A stretch of 63,607 bases of DNA from an uncultured Candidatus Saccharibacteria bacterium (GCA_964420015.1 CAYQPO010000003.1:1-63607), one strand, 5' to 3'; shown: positions 1 through 10,151, counted from the stretch's first letter. Numbers and translations: made by a program. The notes: generated by a model not told the origin, from the letters alone.

Positions 1-167
1 CGAATTAGTCCGCCAAAGAAAAATTTGATATTGTCAGCGGAGCGGCTTCGCCGCGTTCGGCATTTTGGAGGCCGGATGCGCCGCGCCGCCGCCCCCGCCA
101 CCGGCGGCGCGGCTGGTTCGAGCTATTTCAAGTATTCTGCACCAAAAACGATCGCTTCGGAAATATT

Positions 168-2960
168 TTATACAGCGCCTTGCGCCAGAGTTGCTGGTTC
201 TTGGTGAGCGGTGCCTAGTCTGTGCGCGACCTCGGCCTCGATCTCCGCTCGCGGGCGGCCATATTTTAAGAAGGACAACTCTTGCATCTTGGCCACATGC
301 TCCATAGTGCCGCTCTCAAACGGTAGCGTTTCGATATTAAACGGTGTTGCAGGCTTACCCCCCACCAGGAGCTTGAGATGCGCGTTATAGTTGTCGACGC
401 GGATAAGGTCGGCGGCGCTGAAGGTTGGCGCGAATTGCTTTTCAAGATACTCGCCATCATCTGCACCAATGCGGAAGGCACAAATACTCCCGACGTTACC
501 AAAAACCGCCGTCTTGATCTCGTCGGTAAGCTGGGCGATAAACTGATGCGCCACCGTGAGCGAAAGTTTGTACTTGCGCGCCTCAGAGAGGATGGTTGCA
601 ATTGAAGGTGTCGCGAAGTTTTGGAATTCATCTATGTGGAGATAAAACGGCGGCAGCTCTTTCCCAAAGGAGTCGGCGCGCGAAAGCGCCGCGATGAGAA
701 ACTTGCCGACGATGACGAGGCCGAGCAAGTTGGCGTTGAGGTCTCCGATCCGACCCTTGGCCAAGTTGACGAGCAGGATCTTGCGACTGTCCATCAGTTC
801 GCGAAAATTGAACGCTGATTTTTGTTGCGCAATCATGGGGCGCACAAACTCGTTTGTGGTAAAGACGTCAAATTTGCTGGTCACATAGGGAGCGTAATTT
901 TCCAATCCTTGCTCGCCGGTTGCTTGCTGCGCGATACCCTCCCAAAACTGCTTAACGATTGGGTTTTTGCACGCGGCGATTTTTTGTTTGCGGAACTGAG
1001 CGTCGCTGAAGGTGCGGCCTATATCAATGAGCGTGTTGCCAAGCTCGGGCGAGTCCATGACCAAGAGCGCTGCGTTACGGAAATATTGCAAAAAGGCCGG
1101 GCCCATGCTCTCGGGTATGTCGCCGAACAGTTTTTGGAATATACCAACGAGCTCGTCTACCACCAAGGTCTTTTGTTCCGGTCGAGACGCGTCGTACTCG
1201 AGCATATTAAGCCCCATCGAGCGCTCAACGGAGGCGGGGTCGAAGTAGATAACATCGTCTGCGCGCTCGGGTGGGATGGTTGAGAGGATATCCAAAATAT
1301 CGCTACCATGTGGGTCTATAAAACATACGCCTGCACCCGAGGCGATGTCTTGCTTGACGATGTTTTTGAGCAGGACCGATTTGCCGGTGCCGGTTTGTCC
1401 TATGAGATAGAAATGGCGCAGGCGATCCTCGGGTTGGATGTATACTTTTGTTTCGCTACCGCGAAAGCGGTTGATGCCGAGTAAGATCCCTTGCTGCGGC
1501 AGCCCCACCGGTGCCGCGGCCGCCTGACTCTTGTCCTGATGCAGCTCGGGAGCAGCCTCTCGTGCCTCAGGCCTCGGCAAGTGCGCGAGTGTCGCTAACT
1601 CTAGTGCAGAGAGCGGCAGCGCGGTGTTTTCGTCGAGCAGACGGTATGAAAAAGCGTGGGCAAATTTGGTTACTTTTCGATGCGGCACTAGGGTGAAGCT
1701 TAGTTTGTTGCCGGCGGTGTCGGTAAATTGCTGGAACGGCGCTTGGAGATCGTCGAGTATTGCTTTAGCCCTGCCCGGCGTGTTTGACGATGCAATGACG
1801 CGGATGTCGGTGAGTAAAATAGGACTCGCGACCTTCTTCTCAATGTTTTTTATGCGTGGATCATCCGATTTGAGTCGATCTTCTTGGTCAAGCTTTTTGG
1901 GTGTCGAAAAAAATTCCCCGATCTCGCTGAGGACTCGTGTCGCCCCCGTCGGCACATGCGTTGCATCACCCAGCGGGGTGCCAGTGTGTACTTGTTCGAG
2001 CGCGCGACGGTAGCGAGAGAGTAGACCATTGTCGCGCGGCGAGATGACGAACTGCAGTGCCGCGCCCTCGCCTGTTGCATCCAACTTGGAAAACGCGTTG
2101 AGCAACAAATCGAGTGGATCGTTCGGAAATTCGTCGAAGGTGCGGAGCGAGTAAATGTGCCGATTGGCTTGCGTCGCGTACGCCGCTACAGTTTCTGCGC
2201 CTTCGGAGATCGCATTGTAGTCGTCGTGTTGCTCGATCATCCGTGCAGAAGGGTACAAAGACAAAAGGAGTTTCTGTACCATCTCCTTGCGAGTACTCGG
2301 CACTGCGATATAGACGTTGGTGTGCAGCGCTCCGGCAGGGTTGGCTATCTCGAAGGAGAAATATTCGCCATGCTTGGTGTCAAAACTGAGGACCCCGCGA
2401 TAAAACTGCTCCATGAGCGAAATGAAGTCGCGAGTGGTCTTAGTTGGGTCGCCAGACCTCTCGCCCTCTGCGCTTGTTTGCGGGAGGGTTACCTCAAAGA
2501 GTGTCATACGCAGTGGGATAGCATAGGGCTTTTTGTCGGCATCTTTTGCAGGGAGCCCTTCGCGTACCCACTCCACGAGCACGCGATGAAAATCGTCGAT
2601 GAGGTGCGGATCACCAGTCGCTTCTGCAGCTGCAATCGCTTTAGCCACCCCTTTTTCTTGGAGCACCTGAACAAACTCGCCCATGCGCTCGTCGTGCTCC
2701 TCTTTGGAGAGTTGAAGGGTGATCCCTTCTGGATGTTGCAGTGCTCGGGGTGCTTCGCCGGGCGAAGGACTTTGCACCGCCTGTTGCCAGTGCTCGCCGA
2801 CCGCTTTTTGGGCGGCCTTTTGCTTTGTCTCAACAGCGCTGGCGGGGGAGGCTTCGGCTCTGAGTTTTGTTTCTAGTTCGACCGCTCTCTGGCGCAAATT
2901 TTCGAGCTCCGCCCGAGCGGCTTCGGTGGCAGTGTGTGCCTCTATCGAGCGTCTTTCCAT
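168..2960 (-). CDS. VirD4/TrwB/HerA-like P-loop ATPase (type IV secretion coupling-like protein) with long N-terminal extension
   Basis: Walker A GQTGTGKS, FIDPHG, Walker B LHIDEFQ, SEARKYKLSLTVAHQ and FGNVG motifs. Start trimmed to the ATG at 2960 (MERRSIE) because the upstream extension overlaps the divergent gene. Confidence 0.85.
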   Translation of the reverse strand: MERRSIEAHTATEAARAELENLRQRAVELETKLRAEASPASAVETKQKAAQKAVGEHWQQAVQSPSPGEAPRALQHPEGITLQLSKEEHDERMGEFVQVLQEKGVAKAIAAAEATGDPHLIDDFHRVLVEWVREGLPAKDADKKPYAIPLRMTLFEVTLPQTSAEGERSGDPTKTTRDFISLMEQFYRGVLSFDTKHGEYFSFEIANPAGALHTNVYIAVPSTRKEMVQKLLLSLYPSARMIEQHDDYNAISEGAETVAAYATQANRHIYSLRTFDEFPNDPLDLLLNAFSKLDATGEGAALQFVISPRDNGLLSRYRRALEQVHTGTPLGDATHVPTGATRVLSEIGEFFSTPKKLDQEDRLKSDDPRIKNIEKKVASPILLTDIRVIASSNTPGRAKAILDDLQAPFQQFTDTAGNKLSFTLVPHRKVTKFAHAFSYRLLDENTALPLSALELATLAHLPRPEAREAAPELHQDKSQAAAAPVGLPQQGILLGINRFRGSETKVYIQPEDRLRHFYLIGQTGTGKSVLLKNIVKQDIASGAGVCFIDPHGSDILDILSTIPPERADDVIYFDPASVERSMGLNMLEYDASRPEQKTLVVDELVGIFQKLFGDIPESMGPAFLQYFRNAALLVMDSPELGNTLIDIGRTFSDAQFRKQKIAACKNPIVKQFWEGIAQQATGEQGLENYAPYVTSKFDVFTTNEFVRPMIAQQKSAFNFRELMDSRKILLVNLAKGRIGDLNANLLGLVIVGKFLIAALSRADSFGKELPPFYLHIDEFQNFATPSIATILSEARKYKLSLTVAHQFIAQLTDEIKTAVFGNVGSICAFRIGADDGEYLEKQFAPTFSAADLIRVDNYNAHLKLLVGGKPATPFNIETLPFESGTMEHVAKMQELSFLKYGRPRAEIEAEVAHRLGTAHQEPATLAQGAV

Positions 2961-3027
2961 TCCAGAATTATACAGCGGAATACGCACCTGCTGAAGTCTC
3001 TTAAAAAGCAAGGTAACATAAAGGGGT

Positions 3028-3339
3028 ATGGACGGAGAGATCAAGCAGCTGCAAGAGGAAGTCAAACGCCTTGCCGCGGTTACCCAAGACACCAACCGCG
3101 TCGTGCACAAACTGCGCCGCAATATTTGGTGGGGGAGGCTGTGGGGAGTAGTATGGTGGGTGCTCATCGCCGGCGTCTCGGCTGGCGCCTACTATTACTA
3201 TGCGCAGCCGTATGTAGAAAAGGCGCAGCAAGCGTACGCGAGCTTTCAGCAAAAGTCGGCCGAGGCACAGAGCTGGGAGCAGCAGCTCCAAGGTTTAGTC
3301 GGCAAATATTTGGGTGGCAGCTCCACCGGCAACCAGTAA
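3028..3339 (+). CDS. Hypothetical single-TM protein with coiled-coil flanks
   Basis: 103 aa ORF filling the intergenic gap; hydrophobic Trp-rich segment IWWGRLWGVVWWVLIAGV. Confidence 0.7.
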   Translation: MDGEIKQLQEEVKRLAAVTQDTNRVVHKLRRNIWWGRLWGVVWWVLIAGVSAGAYYYYAQPYVEKAQQAYASFQQKSAEAQSWEQQLQGLVGKYLGGSSTGNQ

Positions 3340-3350
3340 CAATCTCTTTG

Positions 3351-3423
3351 TGCTTGGGGCCGGGCTCGAACCGGCGACATCTTCCTCTTCAGGGAAGCGC
3401 TCTACCAACTGAGCTACCCAAGC
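3351..3423 (-). tRNA. tRNA-Phe(GAA)
   Basis: Reverse complement GCTTGGGTAGCTCAGTTGGTAGAGC...CTTCC-CTGAAGA-GGAAG...GGTTCGAGCCCGGCCCCAAGCA forms a cloverleaf. Confidence 0.97.
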
Positions 3424-3441
3424 AGGTAAGGAGAGTTTAGC

Positions 3442-3945
3442 TTAGTTGGACTTGATTTTCAATTTGGCTTGGCGGCCTTTGTCGAGTTTGGGGAGTTTGA
3501 TGATCAAAAGCCCGTGCTTTTCGGTCGCTTCGGCGTCCTCAATTTCCACTTCTTGCGGGAGCATAATCGTGCGGGCAAAGGCGCCCCAGTAGAGCTCTTG
3601 AAAGAAAAAGTCTCCATGCTGCCCTGAGGACTCGCGCTCACGCTTGCCGCGTATGGTCACCTGGTCGCGGGTAATAGAGACGTCGAGGTCGTCGGGCCGT
3701 ACACCTGCAATCATGGCTTTGATTATAATGTGGCTCGGAGTCTGGTACACATCGACCGCAAGCTCGCCGGCTTCTTCCTCGTCGGCCATGGCGGGAGCGG
3801 CAGTGGAGGCGTTTTTAATCGCAAGGTGCTTTTCTGCTGTGGCAGGGCGATAGCCCGAGCCGCCCTGCTCGAGCTCGTCAAAGTCGAAGTCGTCGTTTTG
3901 ACTCCCGGTTAGCCACTCAAAAAGTCCTCGTTTTTCTTTAGCCAT
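3442..3945 (-). CDS. Hsp20/alpha-crystallin small heat shock protein
   Basis: VDVYQT...DLDVSI...VTIRGKR...ELYWGAFARTIMLP...A...GLLIIKLPK alpha-crystallin pattern. Confidence 0.92.
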   Translation of the reverse strand: MAKEKRGLFEWLTGSQNDDFDFDELEQGGSGYRPATAEKHLAIKNASTAAPAMADEEEAGELAVDVYQTPSHIIIKAMIAGVRPDDLDVSITRDQVTIRGKRERESSGQHGDFFFQELYWGAFARTIMLPQEVEIEDAEATEKHGLLIIKLPKLDKGRQAKLKIKSN

Positions 3946-3949
3946 GTGT

Positions 3950-4636
3950 TTAACAGTAGTCGCGGGTTGGGTGCTTAAGCTGCTCGGTCATAAACAAGAG
4001 CACCACGATCCCAAACCAGATGCAGAGGAAGATCCAAAACGTTGCACCTCCGCTATTACCCAGTATAAAAAAGTTAAAGAGTGTGTGCAATGCGACCGCA
4101 AGGATAAGTCCTACAAGCGCCGCAAGGCGCTTGGCAGCTGGCTTTTTGTAATAGGTGAGCGCGAGCGCAACGCCGATCGTGGCCGACGAGAGGCTATGCA
4201 GAAGTGTCGCGCCGATAAAGCGCAAATCTCCGGTGATGATTGAGCGCAAAACATCGCCGTTGTGGATAGGCGTGAGCAAAAAGAGCATATTCTCAAATGC
4301 GGAGAAGCCGAGCGCCACCGTGATCATATAAATAATCGCGTCGAGCGGTTCGTCGAACACCCGCGCGCGTAGCGCTACGAAGTAGGCCGCACCAAACTTC
4401 AAGCACTCTTCGATCGCTGCCCAACTAAACAGGAGTGTCGTGCCGCTCCAAAAAGCTTCGGCCTGTTTTTCTAAAAAGAGCGCTGCGGCGACCATGAGCC
4501 CGCCTGCGGCGAAGGTCCACAGTATGTAGCGTTTAGGCTCGGGCTCGCAGCGGTCTTCGAGGAGCCAAAACATCAGCCACAAGAGCGCGGGGAGCACCCC
4601 GCCGAGCATTGCGATTAGGAGCGCGGGTGAGGCCAT
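3950..4636 (-). CDS. prsW: PrsW-family intramembrane metalloprotease
   Basis: Multi-TM; EPEP, EECLK (EExxK), GFSAFEN, H...AVALHTLFN motifs. Confidence 0.9.
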   Translation of the reverse strand: MASPALLIAMLGGVLPALLWLMFWLLEDRCEPEPKRYILWTFAAGGLMVAAALFLEKQAEAFWSGTTLLFSWAAIEECLKFGAAYFVALRARVFDEPLDAIIYMITVALGFSAFENMLFLLTPIHNGDVLRSIITGDLRFIGATLLHSLSSATIGVALALTYYKKPAAKRLAALVGLILAVALHTLFNFFILGNSGGATFWIFLCIWFGIVVLLFMTEQLKHPTRDYC

Positions 4637-6732
4637 TGTTCCACCATTATAAGGCCTTTTTTATCGGGCAATGAACTCCAAATTTCTTCAGTCACAAACG
4701 GCATAAAGGGGTGGAGGAGCTTGAGCGAATTTTCGAGAATATAATAGAGCGTCTCGACATACTCGGGCTTGCCTGCCCGGCCAGGGCCTTTGCTCTCCTC
4801 AATAATTTCTGCGGCAAAACGATCCCACAGGTAGTGATAGAGTTGGTCGAAGGCCAAGTCGAGACGGAACTCATCTATATGTTTGGTCACGTCTGCAGCA
4901 ACAGATTCAAATTCTTGCACAAGTTCTGGCATGAGGGAGCCTTGCTGCTCCTGCGAGAGCACAAAGCGCGAGATGTTCCATACCTTGTTGGCAAAGTTTT
5001 TGTAGCCACGGATTCGGTTTTCGTCGAGCTTCAAGTCTGCACCGGGTGCAGCGCCGACAATGAGCGAGAGGCGCACCGCGTCGGCTCCATATTTTTTGAT
5101 CATCTCCAGCGGGTCGATTATGTTACCCAAACTTTTGCTCATCTTGCGGCCCTTTGCATCGCGCACGAGCCCGTGTAGATAGACATTTTTAAACGGCACT
5201 TCACCGAGGAGAAACTGGCTCATCAAAATCATGCGCGCCACCCAAAAAAAGAGTATGTCGTAGCCGGTCTCAAGCAGGGCAGTAGGGTAATAGGTTTTGA
5301 GGTCGGGCGTTTGCTCGGGCCAGCCGAGAGTTGAAAAGGTCCAAAGGCCGGAGCTAAACCAGGTGTCGAGCGTGTCTTGGTCTTGCTCCCAAGCACTCCC
5401 TTCGGGGGCCTCAACGCCGACATACGTCTCTTCGCCCCGATACCACACGGGGATGCGGTGGCCAAACCAAATTTGCCGGCTAATGCACCAGTCGCGCAGG
5501 TTGTCGATCCAGTGGTAGTAGATCTTTTCGAAATGGCCTGGGGTAATATTGATGGAGCCGCTTTCAACACTCTCGCGCATCAGTTGTTTGAGCGTTTTGT
5601 CGCCGCGCTCTTGGATTGGGGCATTAACTGCGACAAACCACTGGCGTTTAATTTGCGGTTCGATGATACCGCCACCGCGGCTGTTGATAGCCAGGTTGTT
5701 GGTGTAGGTTTCGTCTATCCTTTCGAGCAAACCTTTTTCTTTAAGTTTTTCGACAATCTTTGGTCTGGCCTTTTTAATATGCTCACCTGCAAACTCGCCG
5801 GCGATGGGGAGCAGTATGCCGCGCTCATCGATGACCTGTTCGATATCAAGCCCATGGCGCTGTGCTATCTCAAAGTCGACTGCGCTGTGTGCAGGGGTAA
5901 TAGTCATTACGCCTGAGCCTATGTCCATCTGGGCCGCCTCGTCTTTGATGACCGTCGCCACAATCGGCCCATTGATCCACTCCAAATTTATTTTTTGTCC
6001 GTGTTTAAACTGTGCGTGACGTGTGTCGTCGGGGTGCATCACGACATATTTGTCGCCAAACTTGGTCTCGGGGCGCACGGTGCCGATGGTGAAGGGCCCG
6101 TATTTAAAATAGTAGAAAGGTGTGCGCTCTTCTTTGCGTTCGATTTCGTCATCAGAGACGGTGGTTTGCATCTTTGGGTCCCAGTTCACAATCCTGTCGC
6201 CGCGATAAATAAGTCCCGCGTTATACATGCGCACGAACGCCTCCATCACCGCCTTGTAACGTGGCTCATCCATGGTGTAGGCATAGCGGCTCCAGTCGAG
6301 GCTTGCACCCATGCGGCGCAGCTGGTTGATGATCGTCGACTTGCTCTCCTCGACAAAAGTGTCGATGCGTTTGAGCAACTCCTCGCGGCCGATGTCGTGG
6401 CGAGTCTTCTCCTCGGTCTTATACAACAAATCCTCGACCTTGGCCTGCGTTGCGATTGCGGCAGAGTCGGTGCCGGGGATCCAGAGCGTTTTGTAGCCCT
6501 GCATACGCTTGTAGCGCACGATGATGTCCTCGACCGCGAGCATGGCCGCGTGACCCATGTGGAGCGTGCCGGTGACATTCGGCGGCGGCAGGACTATCGA
6601 AAAAGGTTCTTTACGCTCGCCAGGCAAGTTGTCGGGATTAAAATAACCCGACTCCTCCCACTTTTTATAAATCGGCCCTTCGGTAGCCTGCGGGTCGTAG
6701 GGTTTTAAAAACTTTTCGGGCACATCAGCCAT
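4615..6732 (-). CDS. valS: Valine--tRNA ligase (short form lacking the C-terminal coiled coil)
   Basis: PPPNVTGTLHMGH, TVRPET, DWCISRQIWFGHRIP, DTWFSS, KMSKS. Confidence 0.97.
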   Translation of the reverse strand: MADVPEKFLKPYDPQATEGPIYKKWEESGYFNPDNLPGERKEPFSIVLPPPNVTGTLHMGHAAMLAVEDIIVRYKRMQGYKTLWIPGTDSAAIATQAKVEDLLYKTEEKTRHDIGREELLKRIDTFVEESKSTIINQLRRMGASLDWSRYAYTMDEPRYKAVMEAFVRMYNAGLIYRGDRIVNWDPKMQTTVSDDEIERKEERTPFYYFKYGPFTIGTVRPETKFGDKYVVMHPDDTRHAQFKHGQKINLEWINGPIVATVIKDEAAQMDIGSGVMTITPAHSAVDFEIAQRHGLDIEQVIDERGILLPIAGEFAGEHIKKARPKIVEKLKEKGLLERIDETYTNNLAINSRGGGIIEPQIKRQWFVAVNAPIQERGDKTLKQLMRESVESGSINITPGHFEKIYYHWIDNLRDWCISRQIWFGHRIPVWYRGEETYVGVEAPEGSAWEQDQDTLDTWFSSGLWTFSTLGWPEQTPDLKTYYPTALLETGYDILFFWVARMILMSQFLLGEVPFKNVYLHGLVRDAKGRKMSKSLGNIIDPLEMIKKYGADAVRLSLIVGAAPGADLKLDENRIRGYKNFANKVWNISRFVLSQEQQGSLMPELVQEFESVAADVTKHIDEFRLDLAFDQLYHYLWDRFAAEIIEESKGPGRAGKPEYVETLYYILENSLKLLHPFMPFVTEEIWSSLPDKKGLIMVEQWPHPRS

Positions 6733-6743
6733 GTTTGCCCATT

Positions 6744-7826
6744 TTAGCTTGCTATAGAAAGATTTCCAACCGCTTTGAGATCTGCATCTGATGTGTCATT
6801 TTTGCCTGCCAAGGCCCGGGCAAGTGCGGCCTCAGCGATCATGACCGCGTTGTCGCCAGTGATTGCCGGGTCGGGGAGGCGCATTTCGACGTCTGGAAAT
6901 TCTTTTTGCAAAAGGTCCTGCAATTTTTGGCGGATAAAGCTATTGGCTGCCACCCCGCCGCCGATGACAAACGTCTTGGCTGCGGTCTCCTCGAGCGCTT
7001 GGCACGTTTTTGCCACAAACACATCGGCGACGGCGTCCTCAAACTCGGCGGCGAACGCTGCTTTCGCCTCCTCGCTAAGCGAGGAGGCGCCCTGAGCTTG
7101 TCGAAGGGCATACAGCGCCGCGGTTTTGAGGCCCGAAAAAGACACATCACACGTGCCCGAGTTGAACATAGGTCGAGGCAGTTTTATTTCTGAAGTGAGA
7201 TTTTTCTCCCGCGCTGCGGCTGCGTGTTTTGAAATATGTGGCCCGCCAGGGTAGGGCAGCCCAAGCATACGTGCCACTTTGTCGAAACACTCGCCAACCG
7301 CATCGTCGAGCGTCTCGCCGATTATTGCGTACTCAAACCACTCGCGCATCAGTACAAACTCGGTGTGCCCGCCCGAAATCAGAAGCGCCAAAACAGGCAT
7401 TCTAATATTCTGCAGAATTTGAGAATGGTTTTCCGGTTGAGCAAGTGAAGAGATAAGATGTCCCTCCATGTGATTAATGGGGACCAGAGGCAGACCGCGC
7501 TCTTTGGCCACACGCTTAGCAAATTCTATCCCTTGCCAAAGCGCGGGTTCGAGCCCAGGGCCCACGGTGACCGCAACTGCATCAAACTCCTCTTCGGCAA
7601 ACTCACGGTACAGCACGGGCAAGTTTTTTTCGTGCTCACGTTTGGCCAGGTTGGGATAGACACCGCCGTACTTAGCGTGTAAATGCGCTTGGCTCAAGAG
7701 CGCTGCTTTTTTGGTTACAAACTGATAGCCGCTGGGAGTTTTTTGCCCCTCTACCAAGGCGATCCCCGTTTCGTCGCAAGAGGTTTCAAACGCCAAAACG
7801 CGCATAGATAAAAACAAGCGTAGCAT
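6744..7826 (-). CDS. tsaD: tRNA N6-adenosine threonylcarbamoyltransferase
   Basis: ETSCDETG, GGVYP, GPGL, NHMEGH, SGGHT, TLDDAVGECFDK, SFSGLKT, DNAVMIA. Confidence 0.97.
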   Translation of the reverse strand: MLRLFLSMRVLAFETSCDETGIALVEGQKTPSGYQFVTKKAALLSQAHLHAKYGGVYPNLAKREHEKNLPVLYREFAEEEFDAVAVTVGPGLEPALWQGIEFAKRVAKERGLPLVPINHMEGHLISSLAQPENHSQILQNIRMPVLALLISGGHTEFVLMREWFEYAIIGETLDDAVGECFDKVARMLGLPYPGGPHISKHAAAAREKNLTSEIKLPRPMFNSGTCDVSFSGLKTAALYALRQAQGASSLSEEAKAAFAAEFEDAVADVFVAKTCQALEETAAKTFVIGGGVAANSFIRQKLQDLLQKEFPDVEMRLPDPAITGDNAVMIAEAALARALAGKNDTSDADLKAVGNLSIAS

Positions 7827-7937
7827 ACTGGACTCTTCAGAAAAACTACAGCTTTAGCCTGGTAGGCTATTTCGCGGACGAACAACGCTCCGTAGGACCG
7901 TTTAGGCAGGGATCATAAACTAGGGGGAGGAGTCGGA

Positions 7938-9131
7938 ATGAGAAGAGGGCAATACGCCTTTGTTGAAGCGTATCTGCACAGCGTTCCTGTGCAAAAACTC
8001 AAAGCGGGAGCTAGGGAGGTGGTGGTTGCGGACAGAGATGGGACCATCCAACCCTTCCCTCAACCAGTAGCAGCCGTGCTTCAAACTGAAATCACGGCGG
8101 GCAAAGAGCTCCGTGCTATGACGGCTGAGTTGCCGTTTATTGAGGCGTCCGCTCAAGCGATTGAGCGGGCGATCGACAGCGACGCGTATGGAGTCTCAGT
8201 CAAAAAGTATGGCTTCAGGAGACCGCGTCCAACACTCACGCTTCCTGACGGAAGGATCACGTACAACCCGGGCGATGTCCCGGAGTGGGAATATCTGCAT
8301 AACCCCGATGGCTTCTTGGGTTTTGGGGATGGCGTGTATTTGCGTCGGGATGGCGGGTATGTCACCGACTGGGAGTTCCACAAAGCGTTAGGTGGTGACG
8401 AGTGGCGTCCGCGCTTTTTCGAAGATCTAGAACTGTTAAAAAGAACACTGCCAGACATAGATCTCGATCAATGCTTAGGCGTCATCGACAAAAGAGGAGT
8501 TGAACGCAATCCAGAAGCGGATGGCGCTCCGCTCTCCTTTCGCGCTCAGTTTGACAACGACCATACTTCTCGACTCAGGATCTGGACGGCGGCCGAGGCA
8601 GTGAAACTCAAAGGTGAGGCGTTTCAAACTGTGGAGTGGACCGACGAGAGCAATCCGCTTAAGGGGCGCTTTACCACATTTGCAGTTTCGCGCCTGGGGC
8701 AGAAACACTTAGTGCTCGAGCGTTTCGGCAACGAGTTGAGCTTTGCCTCAGGTGTCCCCATAAATCAGCTGACCTTCTACAAGATCGGAGATGCACCTAA
8801 CGACGTGCTGAGTGGGCTCGTCTCGCTCCAGGGTGCCAGGGAGGTCATTCTGATCATGGCTGCAAACTCAAGGCTCAGCGAGTCAATAATCAACAATGAG
8901 TCAGAGTTTGCAGGCTTCCCGCTCCCCGGTTCGCCTGACCATCCCCTGGTGCGCGGAAGGTACCACCCGACAGAGATGCCGGGCGTGTATTGGTGGAAGG
9001 GGGAAGATTACCCGCGCCCACGTCAAGTGGTTGTGGCGGATAAGACTCCCTTTGCTGCCGGGCTTGGGTGCACCGAATCTGTTTTGGTGTGCCTAAAGTA
9101 TCTTCGTTACGGTCCAAGATTGCGCCCCTGA
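7938..9131 (+). CDS. Hypothetical protein (orphan; a central segment weakly recalls the dCTP deaminase fold)
   Basis: 397 aa ORF with a GGAGGAG Shine-Dalgarno and a downstream terminator. The motif SRLG...SFASGVPINQLTFY is only suggestive. Confidence 0.65.
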   Translation: MRRGQYAFVEAYLHSVPVQKLKAGAREVVVADRDGTIQPFPQPVAAVLQTEITAGKELRAMTAELPFIEASAQAIERAIDSDAYGVSVKKYGFRRPRPTLTLPDGRITYNPGDVPEWEYLHNPDGFLGFGDGVYLRRDGGYVTDWEFHKALGGDEWRPRFFEDLELLKRTLPDIDLDQCLGVIDKRGVERNPEADGAPLSFRAQFDNDHTSRLRIWTAAEAVKLKGEAFQTVEWTDESNPLKGRFTTFAVSRLGQKHLVLERFGNELSFASGVPINQLTFYKIGDAPNDVLSGLVSLQGAREVILIMAANSRLSESIINNESEFAGFPLPGSPDHPLVRGRYHPTEMPGVYWWKGEDYPRPRQVVVADKTPFAAGLGCTESVLVCLKYLRYGPRLRP

Positions 9132-9142
9132 ACGTGGGCGCG

Positions 9143-9180
9143 GCGCCGGCCACACTTCGTGGGCCGGCGCTTTTTCTTTT
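9143..9180 (+). terminator. Intrinsic terminator
   Basis: GCGCCGGCC-ACACTTCGTG-GGCCGGCGC followed by TTTTTCTTTT. Confidence 0.8.
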
Positions 9181-9209
9181 GTAATGATTTCTGCTATATT
9201 TTTGGGGAC

Positions 9210-9282
9210 GCGCGGTTAGCTCAGTTGGTAGAGCATCCCCTTGACGTGGGGAGGGTCAGGGGTTCGAGTCCCTTACCGCGCA
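9210..9282 (+). tRNA. tRNA-Val(GAC)
   Basis: GCGCGGT/ACCGCGC acceptor stem, TCCCC-TTGACGT-GGGGA anticodon arm, GGTTCGAGTCC T-arm. Confidence 0.97.
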
Positions 9283-9286
9283 CTCA

Positions 9287-9709
9287 CTACATCGCAACCG
9301 GTTGGATGATCCCAAATATGTTGCCCTCGGTGTCTTCGTAGTAGCGGATCTTGCCCACATTAGGCACATCCATAAGGTCGGTGTGCGGCTTGCCACCTGC
9401 GGCCTCGATCTTTTGCATCATCTCCTCAATATTTTGCACCCCGATGATGCATACGAAAGCGTTAGGGGAGGAACCCGCCTGGGCGTGCGGTGCGTTGCGT
9501 TGCATCATGCCGCCATTGATCCCGGCATTTGCAATAGTGATCTGCGTGCCCTTAGCCATATCATCTGGCCCGGGCCCCGATTTGAGCACGACATAATTTC
9601 CGTACTCACTGCCCATCTGGATCATCTCCCACCCAAACACTGACGAATAAAATTTCTTGGCACGCTCGATATCATCGGCGTGAATTTCGTAATGGACAAC
9701 GCGGTTCAT
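9287..9709 (-). CDS. VOC/glyoxalase family protein
   Basis: VVHYEIHADDIERAKKFYSSVFGW...GINGG...KIEAAGGK...YEDTEGNIFGI. Confidence 0.92.
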   Translation of the reverse strand: MNRVVHYEIHADDIERAKKFYSSVFGWEMIQMGSEYGNYVVLKSGPGPDDMAKGTQITIANAGINGGMMQRNAPHAQAGSSPNAFVCIIGVQNIEEMMQKIEAAGGKPHTDLMDVPNVGKIRYYEDTEGNIFGIIQPVAM

Positions 9710-9740
9710 AGGACCCTACAATACCACACCTCTGTGGACT

Positions 9741-10151
9741 TTAGTGCATCATGGCATCGTGCTTCGTTGTCCAGTCGCGGATGATCGTTGCGGTCATACT
9801 CGGCGCATCCTCCGACACTAAGCCCATTGCTCCGACGTAGTCACCTACCTTGATTTCAGACAACGCGTTTGTGCCAAGAGTTTTTGTATTTGATGTTGCG
9901 CTCACTATCCAAGGGCCGCCCCACGCCGCCACCGTGAGTGACGTACTACTCACCGCCGACACGACGCCGCGCAAGCGACCGGTACCATCGCTGTTGACTA
10001 TAAGTATCATCGGCGCCGGTGGATGCATCATCATTGAACCCCCCGACATCGCCGCGCTATCCTTGTGCATCATTGTGTCTGTTTGAGCGAACGCGACACT
10101 CGCTACAAGAAGTGTACCGACAGTCAAACTCATAGCTATACTCTTTTTCAT
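9741..10151 (-). CDS. Secreted hypothetical protein, DUF5666-like OB-fold
   Basis: Signal peptide ending AFA; GVVSAVSSTSLTV...T.T...LSEIKVGDYV.A.G pattern. Confidence 0.7.
   Translation of the reverse strand: MKKSIAMSLTVGTLLVASVAFAQTDTMMHKDSAAMSGGSMMMHPPAPMILIVNSDGTGRLRGVVSAVSSTSLTVAAWGGPWIVSATSNTKTLGTNALSEIKVGDYVGAMGLVSEDAPSMTATIIRDWTTKHDAMMH

Noticed and set aside
2961-3167. N-terminal extension of the VirD4-like ORF
   Set aside because: It overlaps the divergent 3028-3339 gene; the ATG at 2960 is more plausible.
4615-6732. Short ValS and short IF-2 (49702-51255) as pseudogenes
   Set aside because: All catalytic motifs are intact; such truncations are common in CPR.
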